A stretch of DNA of 64,000 nt, from positions 1,568,001 through 1,632,000 of the forward strand of contig JAKFCY010000002.1 of assembly GCA_036676395.1 (NCBI GenBank), given 5' to 3'. Numbering within the stretch: the first letter of the stretch is position 1; the number at the start of each line of letters is the position of its first letter. Made by a program: the position numbers and the translations under genes. Positions 28,912 through 38,094 of this stretch are shown piece after piece. Below the pieces are notes generated by a model. That model made no database searches. It worked only from the letters and a program-made list of their open reading frames with translations, and was not told where the DNA came from. Source of the stretch: Bdellovibrio sp. (GTDB lineage Bacteria; Bdellovibrionota; Bdellovibrionia; Bdellovibrionales; Bdellovibrionaceae).

Positions 28912-29847
28912 GTGACAAAGATTACTTATAAACATATTCGAAAAAGCCTAAACTTTGATTTTCAGCCACAATTTTTTATAAGACAGGTTGGAACTGACTT
29001 ACTTTTACTTGCAACGATGTTTGCGTTGTTTCAAACAACATTTGCCGTGATTAATGTTTTTCTAATTCCGGCGTTTATGTTTCGCCAATTTTCGATTTTA
29101 CATGAAGCCGTGCACGGCTTAGCACATCCAAATTCTAAAATTAATGATGCGCTTGGCGTAATTTCTGGTGCTTTTTGCCTAACACCTTATGCCACCTGGA
29201 AAGCAGCTCATCTAAAACACCACTACTGGACAGGCAATCTTAATCAGGATCCAACTTTTGCCATTTTGAAACAATATGAACAATTCTCGGCACTTAAAAA
29301 AAATCTTATCGAATTTACTTGGCGTAAAGGCCTTCCGTTACTTGGTTTTTTACAGCATTTAGGTTTTTGGGTTTTTACATTTAAAAATACGGCGACGTTT
29401 AAAAATGTTTTTAGCTCAGTGATGGTTATAGCTTTATATGCTGCAGTTTTGTCTCAAACCAATCTAGCAAACGCAGTTATTAGTATTATTGGAATCTGCC
29501 TTTATTTTCGTGCTTATGAAGAAATGATCGTGCCCCAACATGTAGGAATGTATTCAGATGATGAAATAGAACACCACCCATCAGCCTGGGATCAGCAAGA
29601 GATTACCCGTTCATGGCCTTTAGCCTCGGGATTAGAAAGATATGTCGTCTTAAATATGAATTATCATACCGAACATCATCTATTTCCAGACCTGCCATGG
29701 CACCAACTGGATAATGCCCATCAACTTTTGTTGCAAGAAAATGAACCCTTAAATTTGATTTCGTTAAAATGGATGAGCGAACAACGCCAAAGACCTTTTG
29801 CCGAAGTTATTATCCCGATACCTAGCCGCAAGAAAAATGCAGCTTAA
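28912..29847 (+). CDS. Membrane fatty-acid desaturase family protein
   Basis: His boxes HEAVH, HLKHH, HTEHHLFP; TM segments. Confidence 0.9.
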   Translation: MTKITYKHIRKSLNFDFQPQFFIRQVGTDLLLLATMFALFQTTFAVINVFLIPAFMFRQFSILHEAVHGLAHPNSKINDALGVISGAFCLTPYATWKAAHLKHHYWTGNLNQDPTFAILKQYEQFSALKKNLIEFTWRKGLPLLGFLQHLGFWVFTFKNTATFKNVFSSVMVIALYAAVLSQTNLANAVISIIGICLYFRAYEEMIVPQHVGMYSDDEIEHHPSAWDQQEITRSWPLASGLERYVVLNMNYHTEHHLFPDLPWHQLDNAHQLLLQENEPLNLISLKWMSEQRQRPFAEVIIPIPSRKKNAA

Positions 29848-29849
29848 TA

Positions 29850-30590
29850 CTAAATCATAGCCAGCTTATCCACTTCGGCATCGTAACCTAATACTGTGCC
29901 ACGTAATGAGAATACAAAGCCTTTAACTTCGTTAGAGCCTTCTTCAAAAAGTGGACAGGCAAAACCTGGTTCTACAAGAACTGATGAACATTTAAAACCG
30001 ATAGAATCATCGTTATAAATTTCTTTAAGAATATGACGAGATGAATTAATTTGGGTTGCTGTTTTCATTCTACCCTCCATCATCTGCTGAGCCGCTTCTA
30101 TTAAAGCGTTCATCACAAAAGAAGGTCGCTCCCAAAGCAGGTACCATTCAAGAGTCAGTAAATCTAAAAGCGAATAAGATGAAATTTTAAAGAAATTAAA
30201 CGTTCTAAAAAGCTGAATGCTTTCTGAACTGTATATTTCAATAACGTCATCTTTTTGCACCTTATTCCAAAACTCAGTATCGCGCAGCTCTAAGCCATAC
30301 ATTTTGATGGCTGGCTCGATATAACAGCGTTCACGGTGTTCTGACGAAGGCTGTTCAACTTGTGTAGACATTAATACAACGCTTAAAGCATTTTGCAGCT
30401 GTTTAGCTATGAATTCTTTTTTTTCAAGAGGCATAGTTCTGAAAGCGGCTATAGATTTTGGTGAATATGGTCTGCAAGCATAACCTTGAAGTCTGACAAT
30501 TTGGGCTAATCTTTGTAGGTCTGCTATCAACGACAGTTCTAAGGGAGTAAGGCGCGTGTCTAATGCAAGATTCGAAGCATCAATACTCAT
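29850..30590 (-). CDS. Hypothetical protein, possible PAS-like domain
   Basis: DVIEIYSSESIQLFRTFNFFKISSYSLLDLL..W resembles a PAS N-terminal pattern; coupled to the XRE gene (ATGA overlap). Confidence 0.6.
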   Translation of the reverse strand: MSIDASNLALDTRLTPLELSLIADLQRLAQIVRLQGYACRPYSPKSIAAFRTMPLEKKEFIAKQLQNALSVVLMSTQVEQPSSEHRERCYIEPAIKMYGLELRDTEFWNKVQKDDVIEIYSSESIQLFRTFNFFKISSYSLLDLLTLEWYLLWERPSFVMNALIEAAQQMMEGRMKTATQINSSRHILKEIYNDDSIGFKCSSVLVEPGFACPLFEEGSNEVKGFVFSLRGTVLGYDAEVDKLAMI

Positions 30591-30883
30591 ACTGACCTTT
30601 TAACCGACTTAGATTTCTTATAAACTTTGGCGGTGATTATATTTTTTGAATCTTCAACCATGACCTTAACCAGCTTGTCGCGGCTTAGATTCAGCACGTC
30701 AATGAGTTTTTCAAAACAGTGATTTGGGGGGGCGCATAGACCGCGCTCCCAGTTAGAGATAAATTGCACGTGAACATTGCCTAGCATATCTGCGAGTTCA
30801 CTTTGGGTTAAATCTAACCCGAGACGTTTTTGCTTCAAATATTGGCCTAAATTTAAAAATTCTGACATACTTACCTTATACAA
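30587..30883 (-). CDS. XRE/Cro-family HTH regulator
   Basis: LGQYLKQKR..LTQSELADMLG..QFISNWERG..P; start may be 30868. Confidence 0.92.
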   Translation of the reverse strand: MYKVSMSEFLNLGQYLKQKRLGLDLTQSELADMLGNVHVQFISNWERGLCAPPNHCFEKLIDVLNLSRDKLVKVMVEDSKNIITAKVYKKSKSVKRSV

Positions 30884-31021
30884 TAATTTTTTATTTAGTT
30901 CAATAGGGTTAGTAATTAATACCGTAACCAGTCAACCTGTCAAATTTCGATACACTTTTAGGCTATGACTGCTCCTATAAACGAATCTGGCGCGGCATAT
31001 TCTTCGCTAACTTGAACAGCT

Positions 31022-31735
31022 ATGAAATTAAAATTCCAAATTCTAGCTATAATCCTTTTAGCGACCCAAGTGGCCGCAGCTTATCAGGAAGTGCCGTGGA
31101 CTTGGCAAAAAAGTGACTGTAAAGATTGTGGAATTAATTTTAGGATGTCGACGCAAGATTATAAAGATAATCCTAAAATGGTCGAATTTTTAAAAGCCCT
31201 ATCAACTGAAAAGCACAACATCTTAAAACTCTATAATTCAGATCCCCAAGAATATAATTTACTAGCGCATATGGCGGTTGGAATTTTAGGAAACGAATCT
31301 ACTTACTTTAATAGCATGCGATACAAAGTTAAAAGAAATACGCAGCTACCTATTCAATGGGCCAAGGATCTTAAAGCCTGGTTTGGTGACTACGAAGCAT
31401 CACCTAATAGCAAAGGCCCGACTCAAATTAAAAAAGTGCCTGACCGTATTGAACAGTTTTATAATATTACAGAAAATAACTTATGGCATCCTAAATATGC
31501 TGCTGTTTCTACGATGGCTTTTTTGATCGAAGCCTTAGTTGAACTAAAACAACGCGCGAAAAATAATAATTTAGAAATGATAACGCCAGAAACTTATGTT
31601 GATTATTTACCGTATCTTTACTTTGGTGGCAGCAAAAAGCTTGTGAATCGCACGGCAACACCCGATACAAATATTTATGTTAAAAACATGAAAAAGAACA
31701 TGAAAAAAGTCTCGGTTTTAGAGATCATTCCTTAA
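31022..31735 (+). CDS. Secreted protein, possible lysozyme/lytic-transglycosylase-like fold
   Basis: Signal peptide; GILGNES, SKGPTQIK and NLWHP..AA pattern. Confidence 0.55.
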   Translation: MKLKFQILAIILLATQVAAAYQEVPWTWQKSDCKDCGINFRMSTQDYKDNPKMVEFLKALSTEKHNILKLYNSDPQEYNLLAHMAVGILGNESTYFNSMRYKVKRNTQLPIQWAKDLKAWFGDYEASPNSKGPTQIKKVPDRIEQFYNITENNLWHPKYAAVSTMAFLIEALVELKQRAKNNNLEMITPETYVDYLPYLYFGGSKKLVNRTATPDTNIYVKNMKKNMKKVSVLEIIP

Positions 31736-31736
31736 T

Positions 31737-32306
31737 ATGAAGACAATATTGATTATAAATGGCAGCCCCGCAGGCTCTAACGGCAACTGTAATAAACTGA
31801 TTAAGATGATTCAGAATGATTTGCCTAAATCATTCAAAACTCGAATTGTACACTTAGCCGAAGTTAAGAAGTCTGCAACTCTATATAAAGATATTAAAAA
31901 AGCTTCGGGCTTCATTTTTGTAACCGGCACCTACTGGGATTCATGGGGAAGCCCGTTACAAGAATTTCTAGAAGAAATGACTGATCTTGAAGGCACACCC
32001 GCCTTTGTTGGAAAACCATGCGCTGTCTTCGTTCTTAATCATTCTGTCGGCGGCAAGGCTGTGTTATCAAGACTTCAAGGAGTGCTATCAACTTTTGGAT
32101 GCTTGATTCCACCGATGAGTGGAATGGTTTATTCACTCGTGACCAAATTGGCATTGAAAAATTCAAAATCGGCTCACAAAGATGATTTGTGGACTCCGGA
32201 TGATATTCCGATGATTTTAGAAAATTTCAAATTAGCTTTGGATATCAAAACAAAATGGCAGACCTGGCCAGTTGATCGTAAAAATTTTCGTAAGAGCTGG
32301 GTTTAA
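31737..32306 (+). CDS. Flavodoxin / NAD(P)H-dependent FMN reductase family
   Basis: ILIINGSP..NGNC, FIFVTGTYW, GKPCAV, GG. Confidence 0.8.
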   Translation: MKTILIINGSPAGSNGNCNKLIKMIQNDLPKSFKTRIVHLAEVKKSATLYKDIKKASGFIFVTGTYWDSWGSPLQEFLEEMTDLEGTPAFVGKPCAVFVLNHSVGGKAVLSRLQGVLSTFGCLIPPMSGMVYSLVTKLALKNSKSAHKDDLWTPDDIPMILENFKLALDIKTKWQTWPVDRKNFRKSWV

Positions 32307-32575
32307 ACAGGACAGATTTTTTTAAACTCTTGAAGAGTCACTAATGTTGGCGTCGCTGTTTCAAAATCAAAAACAATTTTGATCAGCTCTTTATCGAGCT
32401 GCCTACGCACTTGCTCTTTTTTCTTATCAAGGCTGATTTCTTGCGAACCGTAGTCAGTGCCTTCGCGAAGTACGAACTCTTCTATCAGGGCATCAATAAC
32501 CTCAGTAGACAGTTTTTCAATTGGAACTTCAATGGGTGGTCGCACTTCGTTTTTCGTCTGATTAAATTTATCCAT
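32303..32575 (-). CDS. YheU family protein
   Basis: VP..LS...DALIEEFVLREGTDYG..EISL..K..QV..QL....IVFD. Confidence 0.9.
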   Translation of the reverse strand: MDKFNQTKNEVRPPIEVPIEKLSTEVIDALIEEFVLREGTDYGSQEISLDKKKEQVRRQLDKELIKIVFDFETATPTLVTLQEFKKICPV

Positions 32576-32773
32576 TGCCAGTAGTTTTTAATTTTTACGG
32601 GTGAATAGCAACCAGTGATTCGTGAAATTAGTTCATAAGCGTTTTGTGACCGATACCCCTGCACAGGTTGTGTTGCTGGCTTCATTGCGTGTGTCATTTT
32701 TGTCAGATGCATTTAATCTGTGATCGGCGCTTTTCATGTAAAAACTTTCTAGTGTCACAATAGCCTAATATTG

Positions 32774-32789
32774 CGGCACGTCAGTTGCT
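32774..32789 (+). promoter_or_regulatory. Sigma54-like -24/-12 element
   Basis: CGGCAC-GTCAG-TTGCT about 50 bp upstream of the lipoprotein ATG 32840. Confidence 0.65.
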
Positions 32790-32839
32790 TTATAGAAACC
32801 CGAACGACAAATAAAACCAAACCATTAGGGGAAAAAATC

Positions 32840-33517
32840 ATGAAAAAGCTATTATTACCGATCGTATCAAGCGCGTTATTATTACTAGTATCATGTAAAC
32901 AGGAGTTTTCAGGAACTGTAGACATCCTATCTCAAATTCAATTGAGATCTACTAAGGGTGAAAATGTTCTCATCAATCCTGGTTATAAAAACTCAAAAAT
33001 CAAATTCACCGGCAAAAAGAAATTTGAATTACACTTAGACGGAAAAAAATTCGAATTCAGAACTGAACAAAACCTTAAAAAAATCAATGCAGGCGATTCT
33101 TTAAATTTACCTGCTGGATCAAACGGCCAATCCTATCATCTTAATGCTAAGTATGACGTTTCAACTCAAAGCTCTGGCTTAATTCGTTCTGTTGAAAGCT
33201 GTTCATACAATGTAACTGAACAACGTTGTCAAAACATCCAACAGCCAAAAGGTTGCCAACAAGTTAAAGAGTGCGCACCAAACGGTGGATCTTGCAAAGT
33301 TCGCGAAGTATGTACTGATGGCCAAACAGTCACTAAATGCGGCCCAGTATCAGTAACTCGTTACGGTAACCAAGAAGTTGAATACTATAACAGAACAACA
33401 ACTGACCACATGAATGGACAATTGATCCATCCAGCTAACGGCGCCGTCGTAGCTAAACTTAATGTTGCTGACAGTGAAAACGAAAAAATCTACCAATACA
33501 GAGCTGTTTGTAGATAG
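32840..33517 (+). CDS. Cys-rich lipoprotein
   Basis: MKKLLLPIVSSALLLLVSC lipobox; AGGGG SD. Confidence 0.8.
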   Translation: MKKLLLPIVSSALLLLVSCKQEFSGTVDILSQIQLRSTKGENVLINPGYKNSKIKFTGKKKFELHLDGKKFEFRTEQNLKKINAGDSLNLPAGSNGQSYHLNAKYDVSTQSSGLIRSVESCSYNVTEQRCQNIQQPKGCQQVKECAPNGGSCKVREVCTDGQTVTKCGPVSVTRYGNQEVEYYNRTTTDHMNGQLIHPANGAVVAKLNVADSENEKIYQYRAVCR

Positions 33518-33548
33518 TTTCGAAATTAAAAATTTTAAGTTTCATTAT

Positions 33549-33573
33549 AGGGCACCTAGTTAGGTGCCCTTTT
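33549..33573 (+). terminator. Rho-independent terminator
   Basis: AGGGCACCTA-GT-TAGGTGCCCT-TTT. Confidence 0.8.
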
Positions 33574-33669
33574 CATTTTGAAACATCTTTAATCACTTGA
33601 ATTATTAAGCATTTATGAAATACACGGCCCCTTCATTTTAACCAGCAAGTTATCCGCCGACAAGAAATT

Positions 33670-35664
33670 ATGGCAATACTTGATCAATTATCTTTAAAGA
33701 AAAAAACCACCAGTCCCTTAATTTTAATGGCCTTCGGGTTGTTAATGGCTGGGGCAATCTTAATTACAAATTCATGGTACAGATTAAACCAGGCAAAAGG
33801 TTTAACTTATTCAAACGAGGCCCTTTCACTTATTTCAAATGTTATCCATGAAACACAAATAGAAAGAGGCATTTCTTCATTGTATCTGACCGGAAAAGCA
33901 ACGTTAGATGAAGTTCGCCAACAGCGAAAAAAAGTAGATGAAAATCTAAAAACAGCTGCAGCCTATACCCAAGAAGAAAAGTCGGTTGAATTACTTAAGA
34001 TAAAAGAGCAGGCTCTGGGTCGTTTAAATGAAATTCGTAGCGGTGTAGACAAACAAGCCGTAGCTACTGAAATGGCAAAAGGTTTTGGTCAAGTGATCGA
34101 CATCTGGATGAATTTACAAATCGGATACGCACGCCTTTATCAGATGGATGGACTTGAATCGAACTTGCTAAGCATCGTAATTTTTGAAAAATCAAAAGAA
34201 AATATGGGGCGGCTGCGTGCCTTACTTAACGTATCTTTAGGCGCAGACAAACCAATTCCGCCACAGACTGTTTCGCTATTATCAAATTTTAAAGCTGGGA
34301 TCATGTCTAATTTAGATTCGCCGGGTCTTTCAATTACTGCCGACAGCCGCAAAGCCGTCGCGAACATACTCGCCTCAGAAGATTGGAAGTCAGTACAAAC
34401 TACTTTCGATACAGTTATTGAACATTCGGCAACTGGCTCTTATGGTGTTGATGCAAAAAATTTTTCGGCCACAATTACCCGTGTTATCAACGGCGTCAAA
34501 GAAGTCATCGATCCTGAAATTGACCACACTCGCCAAACATTACAGGCAGCACAAACTTCTGCAAGTATTCATTTCTGGGTCAGTTTAAGTTCACTTCTGG
34601 TTTTATTGCTGGCCAGTTTTTCTTTGGCTTTTGTTGTTATTCGGTCGATGACTGAGTCTTTATCAAATATTTCTGACCAGCTTTCAAACGGAGCCGATCT
34701 GGTTTCAAGAATTGTAACGCAAATAGATTCAGCCAGCCAAAATCTTTCTGCGAGCACCTTGCAACAAGCGGCCGCCCTGCAACAAACAGCAACAGCCGTT
34801 GAAGAAACCTCGATGATGGTTAAACGCAATGCTGAAAATGCCGTCGCATCGACAGAACTTTCTGAACAAAGCAGGCACACAGCGACCGAAGGGCAAAAAA
34901 CAGTTGAAGCCATGAAAACAACTATTAAAGAAATCTCGCAATGTACAGAAGCCATCGCCAATCAAATTCATGAAAACGACCGCGAGATGAGTGTTATTTT
35001 ACAAATCATCAGCGAAGTCGGCTCTAAAACAAAAATTATTAACGATATCGTTTTTCAAACTCGTCTTCTTTCTTTTAATGCTTCAGTTGAAGCCGCCAGA
35101 GCCGGAGAAGCCGGAAAAGGCTTTGCTGTTGTCGCCGAAGAAGTCGGAAACCTTGCAAAATCCAGTGGCGCGGCCGCTCAAGAAATTTCGCAATTACTTG
35201 AAAAAAGCATTCAGCAAGTCAATGGCATCGTTGTTACAACAAAAACGCGTATCGAAGGTTTAGTCGGCAGCGCAAAAAATAAAGTCGAAGCTGGAACTAC
35301 TGGAGCCGAAGAATGTGGAAATGTTCTGGGTCAAATTGTACTTCACGCCTCTGATGTCGGATCACGACTTAATCAAATATCAATAGGAAGCACAGAACAG
35401 TCTCGCGGCATTGATGAAATTTCTAATGCAGTTCGTGAACTTGATAAAGTCGCTCAAATCAATTCGACAAGTGCACAGCAATCAACGGCTTCAGCTCTTG
35501 AATTAAGCGATCAGGTTACCGAATTAAACAATATGATCCAACGATTGCATATGGTTGTTCATGGTCTTGGTGAAAGTAACCAGCACAAGCCTCATAATTT
35601 AACTCCTCTTTCTGCGGCAAAACGCCCACAGAAAGTAGCGCCTCAGAAAAAGATCGCCAGTTAA
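33670..35664 (+). CDS. Methyl-accepting chemotaxis protein with NIT-like (nitrate/nitrite) sensor domain
   Basis: IHETQIERGISSLYL and KENMGRLRA NIT-type motifs; two TMs; QTRLLSFNASVEAARAGEAGKGFAVVAEEV hairpin. Confidence 0.92.
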   Translation: MAILDQLSLKKKTTSPLILMAFGLLMAGAILITNSWYRLNQAKGLTYSNEALSLISNVIHETQIERGISSLYLTGKATLDEVRQQRKKVDENLKTAAAYTQEEKSVELLKIKEQALGRLNEIRSGVDKQAVATEMAKGFGQVIDIWMNLQIGYARLYQMDGLESNLLSIVIFEKSKENMGRLRALLNVSLGADKPIPPQTVSLLSNFKAGIMSNLDSPGLSITADSRKAVANILASEDWKSVQTTFDTVIEHSATGSYGVDAKNFSATITRVINGVKEVIDPEIDHTRQTLQAAQTSASIHFWVSLSSLLVLLLASFSLAFVVIRSMTESLSNISDQLSNGADLVSRIVTQIDSASQNLSASTLQQAAALQQTATAVEETSMMVKRNAENAVASTELSEQSRHTATEGQKTVEAMKTTIKEISQCTEAIANQIHENDREMSVILQIISEVGSKTKIINDIVFQTRLLSFNASVEAARAGEAGKGFAVVAEEVGNLAKSSGAAAQEISQLLEKSIQQVNGIVVTTKTRIEGLVGSAKNKVEAGTTGAEECGNVLGQIVLHASDVGSRLNQISIGSTEQSRGIDEISNAVRELDKVAQINSTSAQQSTASALELSDQVTELNNMIQRLHMVVHGLGESNQHKPHNLTPLSAAKRPQKVAPQKKIAS

Positions 35665-35778
35665 GCAAACATCTGCGCATCTGGCCTTACAATGTAATGC
35701 ACAATTAATAGAAATTGCCGTAAAATGAGTGCACTGCTCTTGGATTTTCGCTAAATTATAACCTTTAGAGGTTTAATT

Positions 35779-37722
35779 ATGTCAGATGCACAAAAACCAC
35801 AGTTTACGCAGCCAACTGATGTTAAGTCAGTTTTAGCCATGCACAAAAAACCTAAAAAAGTTGTCGTGACCGCGGGTATGCCCTACGCGAATGGTCCACT
35901 GCATTTAGGTCATTTAGCCGGAGCCCACGTTCCAGCCGATATTTACGCGCGCTGGATGCGAATGCTTATTGGTGCAGAAAATGTTTTGTTCGTTAACGGT
36001 AACGATGACCACGGTTCAACTTCTGAAGTTGCAGCTAATAAAGCTGGTAAAACCATTCGTGAATTTATCGACGCGATTCATGAACAGCAAAAAGACACTT
36101 TAAAAAAATATTCTGTTCAAACCGATGTGTTCACAGGAACTTCACGCCCTGAGACCTACCCGCTTCACGAAAAGTATTCGCAAGATTTCTTACGTCGTTT
36201 ATACAAAAACGATATGCTAGAAAAACGCATTACCAAACAATGGTTTGATCCGAAAGCTAATCGCTTTTTACAAGATCGTTTTGTTCGTGGCACCTGCCCG
36301 AATTGCCAAAGTACTGAAGCTTACTCTGATGAGTGCGACGCTTGTGGGGCTAAGTTTGATCCCAATGAATTAAAAGAACCACGCAGTCAGTTAACTGATG
36401 CTACTCCTGAACTACGTGACACCGCTCACTGGTGGCTGAACATGTGGAAAGTGGCTGATCCGTTAAAGGCCTGGATTGATACCAAACAAAAAGCTTGGCG
36501 CACTGGCGTTGTTCAAGAAGTGACAAACACGGTATTAATCGGTTGCCGTTTTGAAAACTCGCATGAGCCTGCGTACAAAATTATTAAAGATACTTTACCA
36601 AAACACAAATCTCGTTACGTGCCTGGTAAAAAAGTTGAATGTTTATTTGATAACAAAGCCGATCTTGCTTCAGCACAAGCTACACTAGAAGCTGCGGGCA
36701 TTCCGTCGACGATCACTGACAAATGGGGCTTTCGCCCGATCACTCGTGATGTGTCGAATGGTATTCCGGTTCCACCAGAGTTAGATCCAGAGATGAAAGG
36801 TAAAACACTTTACGTCTGGCCTGATTCATTAATTGCTCCGATTGTGTTTTCGCAAGTTGCACTTAAACAATCAGGTCGTGATCCTGAATCTTACAAAGAT
36901 TTCTGGTGTGATCCAGAAGCCACTGTTGTGCAGTTCTTAGGGCAAGATAACGTTTTTTTCTATGTGATCATGCAAGGCTCTATGTGGTTAGGCCAACAAG
37001 CTAATACACAAATTCAACCAACCAAGGGTGAATTACAGATGACAGAAATCTTAAGCGTTTTTCATTTAATGGTGAATGGCGAAAAGATGAGTAAATCAAC
37101 TGGCAATTTTTATTCTGGCGACCAACTATTAGACATGGGTTACGGCGCTGATCAAATTCGTTATTACTTGGCGATGTTGTCTTTACCTGTAAAAGCATCG
37201 AACTTTGATTTTGCGCACTTTGCTGAACGTAATAAATTTTTAGCGGGTCCGTTAAACGCAGCTTTAGAAAAGCCAATTTCTGCTTGTAATAACAAATTCG
37301 GCGGAGTTGTGCCCGAAGGAAAATTAATCGGTAAAGCAGAAGCCGAAACTGTGAAACTTGTGCAAATGTATTTACGGTCGATGCAAAAAGGTGATTATTC
37401 GACCTTGTTAGGACAAATTGAAAACTACGCGCGGCAAATTAATTCACTCTTCACTCAGTTTAAACCGCACGATGATCGTGGAGTTGAAGCTGATCGTAAG
37501 GACGCTTTGTTTACCTGCTTTTATGTTTTAAAGAATTTAATGATAATGCTAGCGCCATTTGCGCCGAGCACGATGAATGAACTTCGTCTGTCGTTGAATT
37601 TACCTGAAAGTGTAATGATGGCTTCAGAGCTTGGCACTGGCATTCCTGCAGGGCACAAGATCAATGAAAAGCGCACTTACTTTCCTGCTGTCGCTGGTGA
37701 AGCTACTGAAGAACAAGCTTGA
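35779..37722 (+). CDS. metG: Methionine--tRNA ligase
   Basis: PYANGPLHLGH, DDHG, CPNC/CDAC zinc knuckle, LYVW, KMSKS. Confidence 0.96.
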   Translation: MSDAQKPQFTQPTDVKSVLAMHKKPKKVVVTAGMPYANGPLHLGHLAGAHVPADIYARWMRMLIGAENVLFVNGNDDHGSTSEVAANKAGKTIREFIDAIHEQQKDTLKKYSVQTDVFTGTSRPETYPLHEKYSQDFLRRLYKNDMLEKRITKQWFDPKANRFLQDRFVRGTCPNCQSTEAYSDECDACGAKFDPNELKEPRSQLTDATPELRDTAHWWLNMWKVADPLKAWIDTKQKAWRTGVVQEVTNTVLIGCRFENSHEPAYKIIKDTLPKHKSRYVPGKKVECLFDNKADLASAQATLEAAGIPSTITDKWGFRPITRDVSNGIPVPPELDPEMKGKTLYVWPDSLIAPIVFSQVALKQSGRDPESYKDFWCDPEATVVQFLGQDNVFFYVIMQGSMWLGQQANTQIQPTKGELQMTEILSVFHLMVNGEKMSKSTGNFYSGDQLLDMGYGADQIRYYLAMLSLPVKASNFDFAHFAERNKFLAGPLNAALEKPISACNNKFGGVVPEGKLIGKAEAETVKLVQMYLRSMQKGDYSTLLGQIENYARQINSLFTQFKPHDDRGVEADRKDALFTCFYVLKNLMIMLAPFAPSTMNELRLSLNLPESVMMASELGTGIPAGHKINEKRTYFPAVAGEATEEQA

Positions 37723-37725
37723 GTT

Positions 37726-38094
37726 CTACTTAGGCTTAATTTTCGTAAGTTCAGTTTCTTGATGATAAACTTTAACATCATAAAAACCGTTATTGTACTT
37801 TTTGATTTCGACTAATTCAGCTGTGCCGATATATGAAAATACGCTTTTATCCAGTTTAATGATGGCTACAACCTTATGATTGTCTTTGAATTTTAAACCT
37901 TCGACGAGCTTTCCGCTTAATTTAAAATTCGTTTCATTGTCGGTATCGCGATTAACCGTTAAAAAGACATCCGTCTTATTCTGTACTGTTAGATACCCTT
38001 CTAATTCGTAGGTTCCAATATCAAACCGTAAAAGCGCCTGCGCCTGAAAAAAGAATAGGCATACTGTTGCGAAGAGAAATATTTTTTTACTCAT
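37726..38094 (-). CDS. Secreted hypothetical protein
   Basis: Signal peptide ending AQA; TAATG-coupled to the upstream peptidase. Confidence 0.75.
   Translation of the reverse strand: MSKKIFLFATVCLFFFQAQALLRFDIGTYELEGYLTVQNKTDVFLTVNRDTDNETNFKLSGKLVEGLKFKDNHKVVAIIKLDKSVFSYIGTAELVEIKKYNNGFYDVKVYHQETELTKIKPK

Noticed and set aside
30993..31008. Sigma54-like CGGCATATTCTTCGCT before the lysozyme-like gene
   Set aside because: Weaker match, and it would put the TSS almost at the ATG; not called.
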